From positions 1-32,309 of the forward strand of contig JBGCDR010000134.1 of assembly GCA_045105515.1 (NCBI GenBank): DNA of 32,309 nucleotides, written 5' to 3'. A model generated the notes under the pieces. That model was not told the DNA's origin. It saw nothing but the letters and a program-made list of their open reading frames with translations, and did not search any database. Both the position numbers and the translations under genes were made by a program. Shown in pieces: positions 9,834 through 18,163 of the stretch (position 1 is the stretch's first letter; every line of letters starts with the position of its first letter). The stretch comes from Oligoflexales bacterium (GTDB lineage Bacteria; Bdellovibrionota_B; Oligoflexia; Oligoflexales; Bog-1112).

Positions 9834-11156
9834 CTATCGCAATTCGTAAGTCTCAAGATAGCGTTTAATATCGGCTAAAAATTTCGCACCACCTTCCCCA
9901 TCAATAAGCCTGTGGTCGAAAGTAATTCCGATTTGGCAGAGTGGGTGAATTACAACCTTACCTTCGATGGCTACTGGACGTTGCACGATCGCACCGATGC
10001 TCATAATTCCAACCTGAGGCTGATTGATAATTGGTTGGGAGTGAATGCTTCCATACATTCCTGGATTGGTAATGGAAAATGTTCCTCCTGCAATATCTTC
10101 TGGCTTGAGCTTTTTGTTTCTAGCACGGCTGACTAGGTCTCCTAATGCTTGGGCTATTTGACCCAGTGTGAGTTCATTGGCCTGCTTGATAACAGGAACT
10201 ATGAGGCCCGAGTCAATAGCAACAGCGCAACCTATGTTTACGGAATCCTTGTAGAGGATCTCATCATTATCTACAGAGGAATTCATCTGAGGGTGGAGCT
10301 TGAGAGCGTAAATCGCTGCCTCGATAAAAAAAGATGTATAGGTTATTTTTTGACCATACTCTTCTCGAAAACTGTCAGTAATCTCTTTTTTAATGTGGCT
10401 GATGCGTTCAAGATCAACCTCAAAAGTCGTGGTTACATGGGGAGAAGTTTTCACTGATTGTAGCATGTGTTCAGCAGTGAGTTTGCGCATCTTGCTCATT
10501 TTCTTGCGTTCTACTCTGACCCCCTCCAAGTATTCTTGACCATCTCTGAAGCTAGTTTTTAGAGACACTTTCTCATCTGATGAGGTTGGAATTGTGCCTG
10601 GATGCACATGGCGGTTTCCACCAGCAGCTATAAAGCTAAGGACGTCCTTTTTGGTTATCCGCCCGTATAAGCCAGTGCCTTGCACATAATTAAGGTTTAG
10701 ACTGTGTTCTTTTGCCATCTTTTTTACTAGCGGAGAAGATCTAATGACCCCAGCGTAGGAGCCTGGACTTATCGGCAAGTTAGTAAAAGCTGAATTACCC
10801 GGTATTGAAGGCGTATGGTGCTGTGATACATGCTTAGCTGCAGGGGCTCCGGCCTTTTTTTGATTTGGTGGCTGGACTTGGGTAGGAAGTTTTGGAGGTT
10901 CAATGTCTGGACTGGCAGCTAAATAGGCCATCACTTGTTCCACCTCGACGACGCTGCCTTCTTCGGTATAAATGGCTACCAAATAGCCTGTGGATGGAGA
11001 AGCAACCTCTGTGTCTACTTTGTCAGTGGATACTTCGATTAAAGGCTCATCTTTTTGGACTTTTTCACCCTTTTGCTTTAACCATTTTACGATCGTAGCC
11101 TCGTTGACTCCTTCTCCCATAGACGGAAGCTGAACTGGAATGCACTCATGTGTCAC
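9834..11156 (-). CDS. 2-oxoacid dehydrogenase E2 component (dihydrolipoamide acyltransferase, one lipoyl domain); substrate class not resolved
   Basis: Lipoyl motif EVSTDKVD, E3-binding domain SSPLVKKMAKEH...GTGLYGRITKKDV, catalytic GGTFSITNPG and DHRLIDG. GTG at 11156 lies 7 nt after GAGGGA; the ATG at 11171 has no SD. Confidence 0.93.
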   Translation of the reverse strand: MTHECIPVQLPSMGEGVNEATIVKWLKQKGEKVQKDEPLIEVSTDKVDTEVASPSTGYLVAIYTEEGSVVEVEQVMAYLAASPDIEPPKLPTQVQPPNQKKAGAPAAKHVSQHHTPSIPGNSAFTNLPISPGSYAGVIRSSPLVKKMAKEHSLNLNYVQGTGLYGRITKKDVLSFIAAGGNRHVHPGTIPTSSDEKVSLKTSFRDGQEYLEGVRVERKKMSKMRKLTAEHMLQSVKTSPHVTTTFEVDLERISHIKKEITDSFREEYGQKITYTSFFIEAAIYALKLHPQMNSSVDNDEILYKDSVNIGCAVAIDSGLIVPVIKQANELTLGQIAQALGDLVSRARNKKLKPEDIAGGTFSITNPGMYGSIHSQPIINQPQVGIMSIGAIVQRPVAIEGKVVIHPLCQIGITFDHRLIDGEGGAKFLADIKRYLETYELR

Positions 11157-11189
11157 AATAAAGTCCCTCATTTGATATGCTGGAACATA

Positions 11190-11209
11190 CTTGCTACTGA
11201 AGTAGCAAG
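11190..11209. other. Perfect inverted repeat between lpdA and the E2 gene (hairpin or operator)
   Basis: CTTGCTACT-GA-AGTAGCAAG: 9-bp arms, or an 8-bp stem with a 4-nt loop. Confidence 0.7.
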
Positions 11210-11257
11210 GAAAATTAAGATTTAGTATATCGGTGCATTGCTTGCTTTATAAAGGAT

Positions 11258-12649
11258 TTAAAGGTGGATTGCTCCACCTTCAGCCACGTGAGCAGCTTCC
11301 ATTATGGTTTCTGAAATTGTTGGGTGAGGGTGGATCGCTTGGCCAATCTCATCTACGGTTGTCTCAAGAAGTTTGCCAAGAACAAATTCAGAAATTAACT
11401 CTGTCGCTTTCGCACCAACAATATGGACTCCGAGGATTTCTTTATATTTCGGATCATAAAGGATTTTGATAAAGCCCTCAGTAGCATCTTCAATCTTAGC
11501 TTTCGCAAGAGGAGCAAATGGGAATTTAGCAATTCCATAGTCGATGCTTTTTTCTTTCAAAGTCTCTTCTTTGAGGCCAATGCTTGCTACCTCTGGGTAG
11601 GTGTAGACCGCTGATGGGTTTGCCTCATAGTTGATAATCGGAGGAGTGTGGCCAGCAATAATTTCCACGGCATGCTTTGCTTCTGCAGAAGCAGTATGAG
11701 CAAGTGCAGGCGTACTGAGGATGTCTCCTACAGCAAAAATGTTGGGTATGCTTGTCTGGTAGTGAGCATCCACTTTTACAAAACCTCTTTCATCCAGATC
11801 TACTCCGACACTAGCGAGGTCCAAGTTTTCAAGAACGGGTTCACGACCCACAGAAATAAGGACAACCTCAAAGTCTCGGTCATCCTTGCCTTCAACGCTG
11901 ACAGTGCAATTGTCGCCATTATCCTTGATCGCAGTGAGTTTTGACCCGGTTTCAACCACCACACTTTGTTTTTTAAAGCTTCTGACCACTTCTTTAACGC
12001 ACTCTGGGTCTTCAAATGGTAGGGCTTGAGGCATGAGTTCAATTACAGTAACTTGGGATCCAAACCTGCCAAAAAGGCTGGCAAATTCCATGCCTACGAC
12101 TCCTCCACCAATGACGGCAAGGGATTTAGGTACCCGGTCGATGCTGAGTATGCTATCTGACGTCAATATATTTCTGCCGTTCGAGGGAGCAAAACCTAGT
12201 TCTCTTACCCGAGATCCCGTTGCTAGAAGTACATGTTTTGATTCGATGGATTCATTCGAGTCGCCACTCGTAATATTTAAAACAGTCGGACCTGCGAATC
12301 CTGCGGTACCATGAAAGACATCAATCTTGTTTTTCTTCATCAGAAATTTTAGGCCTTTTCTCTGTGCGCCAACAATTTTTTCTTTGCGTTCCAAGATCTT
12401 GGCCCAGCTATATTCAGGAGTTCCTATTGAGAAACCTTGATCCTCTAAGTGGTTAATCTTGGTCCAAATCTTTGCGGACTCGATTAAGGCTTTAGTTGGA
12501 ATGCATCCCCAATTTAGGCAGGTACCTCCTAGGTGTTCGTTTTTTTCTATAAGAGCAACTTTCATTCCAAGTTGCGCGGCTCTTATCGCCCCAACTTCCC
12601 CTGCAGGCCCTGCACCAATTACCACGAGATCATATCTTTTCATGCTCAT
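11258..12649 (-). CDS. lpdA: Dihydrolipoyl dehydrogenase (E3)
   Basis: FAD site VIGAGPAG, redox disulfide GGTCLNWGCIPTKAL, NAD site VIGGGVVGME, FAVGD, C-terminal HPHPTISE. Confidence 0.97.
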   Translation of the reverse strand: MSMKRYDLVVIGAGPAGEVGAIRAAQLGMKVALIEKNEHLGGTCLNWGCIPTKALIESAKIWTKINHLEDQGFSIGTPEYSWAKILERKEKIVGAQRKGLKFLMKKNKIDVFHGTAGFAGPTVLNITSGDSNESIESKHVLLATGSRVRELGFAPSNGRNILTSDSILSIDRVPKSLAVIGGGVVGMEFASLFGRFGSQVTVIELMPQALPFEDPECVKEVVRSFKKQSVVVETGSKLTAIKDNGDNCTVSVEGKDDRDFEVVLISVGREPVLENLDLASVGVDLDERGFVKVDAHYQTSIPNIFAVGDILSTPALAHTASAEAKHAVEIIAGHTPPIINYEANPSAVYTYPEVASIGLKEETLKEKSIDYGIAKFPFAPLAKAKIEDATEGFIKILYDPKYKEILGVHIVGAKATELISEFVLGKLLETTVDEIGQAIHPHPTISETIMEAAHVAEGGAIHL

Positions 12650-12784
12650 AATTTACCCCACAAATTGCAAAAATTTCGGCTCATTTCGTCTCTTGGACTA
12701 ATTGGTTGCATGAGAGAAATGACCCAGGTGGCTTGCTTGTTATACCAATAAAGCGTTAACTTAAAAAAGGAAATGGATTTTGAC

Positions 12785-12813
12785 TAAAGTAGTATGGCCA
12801 ATCTTACCGATAA
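12785..12813 (+). promoter_or_regulatory. Putative sigma28 promoter for the 81-aa gene
   Basis: ACCGATAA at 12806-12813 (7/8 match to the -10) and TAAA at 12785-12788. The spacer is 17 nt, longer than the canonical 15. Confidence 0.5.
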
Positions 12814-12846
12814 TCTAGATAGTTACCACAAGTTCAAGGAGACTAA

Positions 12847-13092
12847 ATGGGTAAGGTAATCAAATTTCCCGAAGATAAGTGCAAGCCCAGTGAAGCTATG
12901 AAGCTTAAACAGGTTTCAGATGCCATAGATTCTGTGCTGATTGATGCTCTTGAGAGTAAAGGACTAGCTCCTCACGAGTTAGCAGGCTTGCTAGCCCATC
13001 GTTTGGGTTCTTTTATGCGGCCAATGGATTCTAAGTCAGACCTGTGGGACATTTGTGAAAAAGTTCTTAAGAGACAAGCGGTCTTAGACTAA
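12847..13092 (+). CDS. Small hypothetical protein (81 aa)
   Basis: Fills the intergenic gap, strong SD AAGGAG, plausible helical protein starting MGKVIKFP. Confidence 0.8.
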   Translation: MGKVIKFPEDKCKPSEAMKLKQVSDAIDSVLIDALESKGLAPHELAGLLAHRLGSFMRPMDSKSDLWDICEKVLKRQAVLD

Positions 13093-13117
13093 GCTATCTT
13101 CATCTGGCCACCTCTTT

Positions 13118-13156
13118 TAATGGGAGGTAAGCTACTCACTAATGGGTGGGAAGCTA
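13118..13156. repeat. Short imperfect tandem repeat with weak hairpins between convergent genes
   Basis: TAATGGGAGGTAAGCTA (13118-13134) and TAATGGGTGGGAAGCTA (13140-13156): 15/17 identical, period 22. Confidence 0.5.
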
Positions 13157-13195
13157 GTTACCTTATTTCTGAGTTTCCTTTGGTCACTTACTTTA

Positions 13196-13786
13196 TTATT
13201 CCGGTATATGGGCGTAGATTGTCTCGCGGAGTTTCTTGATTCCAGTCTTCTTGAGGTTTGAAATCGGGTATATTCCTTTATGTGCGATGCTATGAGAGTC
13301 GAGCAGCTCAGTAACCTTTTTAATTTTAGTAGAACAATCTTTTTGACTTACTTTATCCACTTTGGTCAGAACAAGGATGATAGGAACCTTTTTGCAAAGG
13401 AACTTCCAATAGTCGATTTCAAAGTCATCAGGAGAGCGTCGGCAGTCTAGGAGACAAATAAACTCTAGAATTGAATTCCTTTCAACATAGGCTCCCATTA
13501 ATTCGTTCCAGTGCTTTCTTACGTCCTTTGATGCGACGTTAAATCCATATCCAGGTAAATCAGCTAAGACAAGGGCTTGTTCCTTTTGGCGGCTGACCAT
13601 AAAGAAATTGATCATTTGGGTTCTTCCAGGAGTTGAACTACTTCTTGCTAGATTTTTGCGTTCCAAAAGAGTGTTTAATAGTGATGACTTACCGCAATTG
13701 GAACGTCCGATGAATGCAACTTCTCCCCATTCGAATAGTGGAAGTTGATTGGCTTTTTGCGCGCTTGTGATATAGGAAGTGTTCAT
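13196..13786 (-). CDS. engB: Ribosome biogenesis GTPase EngB/YihA/YsxC
   Basis: G1 EVAFIGRSNCGKSSLLN, G2 SSTPGRTQMINFF, G3 DLPGYG, G4 TKVDK. Confidence 0.95.
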   Translation of the reverse strand: MNTSYITSAQKANQLPLFEWGEVAFIGRSNCGKSSLLNTLLERKNLARSSSTPGRTQMINFFMVSRQKEQALVLADLPGYGFNVASKDVRKHWNELMGAYVERNSILEFICLLDCRRSPDDFEIDYWKFLCKKVPIILVLTKVDKVSQKDCSTKIKKVTELLDSHSIAHKGIYPISNLKKTGIKKLRETIYAHIPE

Positions 13787-13831
13787 ATCGTCGTTACCTA
13801 GTTCAAGAGATTAGAGGACAAGGGTTTACCC

Positions 13832-15748
13832 ATGGGTCGGATACATTTACTCGAAGATCATATAATTAACAAGATTGCAGCTGGTGAAGTGGTTGAACGG
13901 CCAGCGAGTGTGGTCAAAGAACTGCTTGAGAATTCGTTGGATGCAGGATCCTCTAAAATTGAAATTGAATTAGAAGAAGGTGGAAAAAAACGTATTACCA
14001 TCCGAGATGATGGATTAGGCATTCCATCGGAAGATGTACCTTTGGCTCTTACAAGGCACGCAACTAGTAAGATTTCGAGTGATGAAGATTTATTTCAAGT
14101 TAGCAGCATGGGCTTTAGAGGTGAGGCACTTGCTTCAATTGCTAGTATAAGCCGCTTAAGTCTAGCAAGTAGGCAGCCTCAAGAAAGTGAAGGGGTAAAA
14201 CTAGTCGTCGAAGGAGGAAGTGTTGAAATTGAAGCCCACCCCTGGAACGGACCTGCAGGTACTAGCATAACCATAGAAAACCTTTTTTATAATGTCCCAG
14301 CCAGAGAAAAATTTCTCAAGTCCGCGAACACGGAATTTTCTCATTGCTTGGAGTTGGTGCAAAGTCTAGCGATATCTCGTCCTGAGGTGGGCTTCTCTCT
14401 TTTGCATAATGGTAAAGAAAAGTTTCGTACCAATCCACTAGCTATTTCTGATGAACAAGTTCAGAAACAAAAAGTTGGTGAGAAAGTTTTACGTCAACGG
14501 CTGGAGGAGGTTTGGGGGGCCGAAACTGTTGAAAACCTTATTTTCATTGAAGAGGAAAACCAATACGGCAGTTTCGAAGCTTTGGTTTCGCCTCCAGGAA
14601 TTGAAAAGGCAACCACTAGGCAAATGCTTTGTTTTGTTAACAGGCGTTGGGTAAAGGATAAAACTCTTCGTTATGGCTTGCTCAGAGGTTACCAATCTCA
14701 TCTACTCAAGGGACGTTTTCCCGTTGCGGTTGTGTTGTTTGGCTGTGACCCTGGATTGGTAGATTGCAATGTACATCCTGCAAAAACTGAGCTTAGGTTT
14801 CAGTACTCGGGAGAGGTTCAAGGTCTTTTGGCAATGGGTGTGAGAAATGGTATCAGAGGTCTAAACTGGGCTGATGCTAATAGAGGGACCTCAATAAAAC
14901 CTCAGGCACTGATTCATCCTCCTGCTGTGAATTCAAGTCTTTGCAACGAAGTTCCATCAGACTCTGAGACTGATCCACAAGGGTATCAAAAAAGTGAAGT
15001 TGCAGAATTTGTAATGCCATCTCAACCAGTAACGAGCTCTTCACGCAAAACATTAGGGTTTGCTAATAATAGGTGGGATGCTAAGCCAAGAACTATAATG
15101 CATTCGCAAACTTCTCTTAACTTAACAGACGAAGCAAGTTTGAAAGGTCCAGGCGAAGAAGAAGCTATCCCTTGGGACCTACTTAAGTACATTGGCTGTT
15201 ATAGTAAGTGTTATCTGCTATTTGAGGGTGAAAAGCACCTTTTGGCTGTAGATCAACATGCTTTCCATGAAAGAATTCTCTTCGAAAAACTTCTCCATGA
15301 TAAGGATTTATTGCTAAGCACCCAGCCACTTCTCGTTCCTGAGGTGGTTGATGTATCCACACAAACTTCTGATTTCTTGGATCAAAACTTTAGGTTTCTG
15401 CATACTTCAGGGTTTCAGTTCAAAAGATGTGGTGACAACGCAATTGAGGTGTTTGCTGTTCCTTCGATCTTGACGGGTAAGAGTTTTGAACTGCTCTTTG
15501 AAGATCTGGCAAAACCTATCAATCAGGCGGCAGAGGATGAAATTTTAGGAAGCCCTTTGAGTCATCATACCTTAGCAACTTTGGCCTGTCATAGTGCGGT
15601 TAGAGCAGGTGAAGAGCTTACCTTCGAAGAGATCAAGATCTTGATTAGGGATGCTAGAAGTGTTGATTTCTACCATAATTGCCCGCATGGGCGCAGGGTA
15701 TTCCGGTGGTTTTCTAAATCTACGGTGGAGGCATGGTTTGATCGATAA
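13832..15748 (+). CDS. mutL: DNA mismatch repair protein MutL with endonuclease motifs
   Basis: KIAAGEVVERPASVVKELLENSLDAG, RHATSKI, GFRGEALASI, DCNVHPAKTE; C-terminal DQHAFHERILFE, clamp motif QPLLVP, ACH, CPHGR. Confidence 0.98.
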   Translation: MGRIHLLEDHIINKIAAGEVVERPASVVKELLENSLDAGSSKIEIELEEGGKKRITIRDDGLGIPSEDVPLALTRHATSKISSDEDLFQVSSMGFRGEALASIASISRLSLASRQPQESEGVKLVVEGGSVEIEAHPWNGPAGTSITIENLFYNVPAREKFLKSANTEFSHCLELVQSLAISRPEVGFSLLHNGKEKFRTNPLAISDEQVQKQKVGEKVLRQRLEEVWGAETVENLIFIEEENQYGSFEALVSPPGIEKATTRQMLCFVNRRWVKDKTLRYGLLRGYQSHLLKGRFPVAVVLFGCDPGLVDCNVHPAKTELRFQYSGEVQGLLAMGVRNGIRGLNWADANRGTSIKPQALIHPPAVNSSLCNEVPSDSETDPQGYQKSEVAEFVMPSQPVTSSSRKTLGFANNRWDAKPRTIMHSQTSLNLTDEASLKGPGEEEAIPWDLLKYIGCYSKCYLLFEGEKHLLAVDQHAFHERILFEKLLHDKDLLLSTQPLLVPEVVDVSTQTSDFLDQNFRFLHTSGFQFKRCGDNAIEVFAVPSILTGKSFELLFEDLAKPINQAAEDEILGSPLSHHTLATLACHSAVRAGEELTFEEIKILIRDARSVDFYHNCPHGRRVFRWFSKSTVEAWFDR

Positions 15749-16691
15749 TAGGCAATGTGCTCCAGTTAGCAAGGCCAATGCAAAGCCAAGATTTCTTTCC
15801 GTGATAGGCCCAACAGCTAGTGGAAAATCAAGCCTGGCTCTGAACTTGGCGAAAGCCTTAGATGCGGAATTGGTCAATTGCGATTCGGTGCAAGTTTATC
15901 GTGGGTTTGATATCGGATCGGCAAAATCTAATCTTACAGAGCAAGAGAGCGTGCCTCATCATTTGCTTGACTGCGCTGCTTGGAATGAGGACTTCGACGC
16001 TTCGAGATTTGCTGCCATGGCACGCTCCCGAATATGGGAAATTAATCAACGCCAAAAACTGGCAATAGTAGTGGGAGGCTCAGGACTTTATCTTAGGTTT
16101 TTGTGGGGAGAGTCTTTCCATGAGTTACCCTCTGATACTAAACTAAGGAAAGATCTGAACTTACAAGATGTAAGAGAACTCTACGAACAGCTAACAAGCC
16201 TTGACCCTGAGCGAGCGCAGCAGCTCCACCCTAAGGATAAATTTCGTGTCACTCGTGCACTAGAAATAAATATATTGTCAGGAAAAACGGTTGGTGAGCT
16301 AACTGGAAAGTCCGTGGAAGCAAGCTTTCTTCCAACTGGAGTCATTTTTTTAAACCGTCCTCGACCTGAACTGCATAGGCGTATCGCGAAAAGAGCCGCG
16401 GAGATGTTGGAGCTTGGTTTGATTGAAGAGGTACGCACTTTGTTGGCAAGAGGATGTCCAGTTAATGCAAAGCCAATGTTAAGTATCGGATATAAGCAGG
16501 TTGTAGAGCACCTTCATTATAAGACGTTGGCAAGATCTGAACTGCTTGAGAAGATAATCGTGGCTACAAGGCAGTATGCGAAACGACAGTTAACTTGGTA
16601 TCAGAAAGTCCATCATGACATAGCAATAGATAATTCCGAGCTAAGTCGGGATCTTATGGGAAAGATTGAAAACTTGCTAAGCCTAAATTAA
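15738..16691 (+). CDS. miaA: tRNA dimethylallyltransferase
   Basis: GPTASGKS, NCDSVQVYRGFDIGSAK, VPHHLLD, VGGSGLY, SIGYKQ, TRQYAKRQLTW. TTG at 15738 lies 6 nt after GGAGG (15727-15731) and overlaps the mutL stop; mutL-miaA synteny is conserved. Confidence 0.96.
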   Translation: MIDNRQCAPVSKANAKPRFLSVIGPTASGKSSLALNLAKALDAELVNCDSVQVYRGFDIGSAKSNLTEQESVPHHLLDCAAWNEDFDASRFAAMARSRIWEINQRQKLAIVVGGSGLYLRFLWGESFHELPSDTKLRKDLNLQDVRELYEQLTSLDPERAQQLHPKDKFRVTRALEINILSGKTVGELTGKSVEASFLPTGVIFLNRPRPELHRRIAKRAAEMLELGLIEEVRTLLARGCPVNAKPMLSIGYKQVVEHLHYKTLARSELLEKIIVATRQYAKRQLTWYQKVHHDIAIDNSELSRDLMGKIENLLSLN

Positions 16692-16877
16692 TTTTGATCT
16701 AGCTTACAAAGTTTTCTTTGTCTCTCATCTTCAAAGGTTTTTGGAAAAAGGCTAGTAAGGAATTCTACCATATGCAAATGGTTGAAATGTGGGAGAGCCC
16801 CAACACCCCTTTGAGACAGGGCATGACAAAATCTAGCCTTGAGCTTAAACCATGTGCCTTTGAGTATTGGCAAGCAA

Positions 16878-16886
16878 TGCTATAAT
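16878..16886 (+). promoter_or_regulatory. Extended -10 sigma70 promoter for the Hpt-REC gene
   Basis: TGCTATAAT = TGn-TATAAT, ~40 nt upstream of the ATG at 16928. Confidence 0.55.
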
Positions 16887-16927
16887 GAACCAGTACCGTT
16901 CGCCGTCTATTGGCAAAACTTATTGAG

Positions 16928-17824
16928 ATGAATTATATGAATGACTTTCCTCATGAAGAAGATGAAGATTTATTAAGTGAGGAGGTTTATGAAGCTTTCC
17001 AAGACGAAGCTGCGGAACTTTTAAATAAGTGGTCCTTGATCTGCGTTGAGATGGAAAAGAACTATGAACAATCTCAATGTGACAAGCTTTTTCGGGTCTT
17101 ACATACCCTCAAGGGCTCTTCTCATTGCGTAGCCCTCACTGAATATGGCAACCTCGTCCATAGAATAGAAGAGCTTATTTATCACCTCAGGGAAGGTAAC
17201 CTTGGTGTAGACCAAAATCTTGTTTCGCTTTTATTGGACTGTCAACAGCGACTTCTAGATTGGGCAAATGTTGTCGTTAGCAACCCTCAACACCAACCGT
17301 CTGTAGATGATATTTACAAGCGCCTGGAACTGTATTTCACTTCATTATCGTACTCTGGCCCCCAAGGTGAACTTAGTCAAAAACCTCACGTTCTCCCTCA
17401 TGAAGTCCCTTCGAAGCAGGCTCCTAGTGCTAATAATTCAGATGAGAAAACCATCTTGATTGTTGATGATGAAGTGGCAATTGTCGAACTTGTTTCTGCA
17501 ACTTTTAGATCGATTGCAAATGTTCTGACAGCTACTAGTGGGCAAAAAGCACTTGAGATTTTTGCAGACAATGGGCAATTAGATCTTATAATAACCGATA
17601 TTTTTATGCCCGACCTGGATGGAATTTCTTTGGTTAAAAAAATCAGGAAGATTAGTGCTATCCCTGTGGTTGTGATGTCCGGCCTGATGAAGGAACGGTT
17701 TCAAGAGCTTAATGCTTACGAAAATATTTACACCATCGACAAGCCTCTGGAAACTGGCAAACTTGTGCTATTTGCGCAGATGGCTATAAAGAATTATCGA
17801 GAGCAAGCTGGGGCAAAGAGTTAA
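16928..17824 (+). CDS. Hpt domain + response-regulator receiver fusion
   Basis: CheA-P1-like Hpt (FQDEAAELL...LFRVLHTLKGSS...LVHRIEE), a Pro/Ser/Gln linker, then a receiver (ILIVDDE...DLIITDIFMP...VMSG...DKP). Start uncertain (16910 TTG, 16928 or 16937 ATG). Confidence 0.9.
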   Translation: MNYMNDFPHEEDEDLLSEEVYEAFQDEAAELLNKWSLICVEMEKNYEQSQCDKLFRVLHTLKGSSHCVALTEYGNLVHRIEELIYHLREGNLGVDQNLVSLLLDCQQRLLDWANVVVSNPQHQPSVDDIYKRLELYFTSLSYSGPQGELSQKPHVLPHEVPSKQAPSANNSDEKTILIVDDEVAIVELVSATFRSIANVLTATSGQKALEIFADNGQLDLIITDIFMPDLDGISLVKKIRKISAIPVVVMSGLMKERFQELNAYENIYTIDKPLETGKLVLFAQMAIKNYREQAGAKS

Positions 17825-17833
17825 AACTTGCCT

Positions 17834-18163
17834 CTAATGTTGCAATTGTTGAGTGCTATTTGGCTTGTCGGTACCAAGCCAGTTTCTCCAGCCCAACCAT
17901 CCTTTGGTCTTATAGATTCCGTCGGGATGAGCAGGAACATCCTCAGGCTTTTGTGGTTGGGTTTCAGGTTTAAGTCCTTTTACGTACTCGCGCCACTCTT
18001 TTCTAGACTTTAAATTCAAGCTCTTGGCAAATTCTTTCGCTTCTGCAAACGACCTGTATTTGTCTGCGGAAGATCGCCGGCGCTTTTTGAGCATCTCAGG
18101 GGCTTGGTGTAGTTTAGTAGAGTCTTGGCCAGGTCGGTCGTGTCCGATATTCATTTCTTCCAT
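17834..18163 (-). CDS. Small protein with one phage-integrase repeat unit (INT_rpt, PF14882-like)
   Basis: YRSFAEAKEFAKSLNLKSRKEWREY...PEDVPAHPDGIYKTKGWLGWRNWLG matches the pattern I recall for this repeat; SD GAGGA upstream. Confidence 0.8.
   Translation of the reverse strand: MEEMNIGHDRPGQDSTKLHQAPEMLKKRRRSSADKYRSFAEAKEFAKSLNLKSRKEWREYVKGLKPETQPQKPEDVPAHPDGIYKTKGWLGWRNWLGTDKPNSTQQLQH

Noticed and set aside
15651..15737. ORF-track N-terminal extension of miaA (likewise SBP 21185-21304, prs 22189-22212, cmoA 22373-22408)
   Set aside because: The miaA and SBP extensions overlap neighbouring genes. miaA, SBP and prs have SD-backed downstream starts; the cmoA choice rests only on preferring ATG to TTG.
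16688..16873. 61-aa minus-strand ORF between miaA and the Hpt-REC gene
   Set aside because: TTG start without an SD, no recognisable motif, and it is not Hfq-like.
17834..18163. Prophage or integrative element implied by the integrase-repeat protein
   Set aside because: No catalytic integrase, att-like repeats, tRNA target or phage genes nearby.
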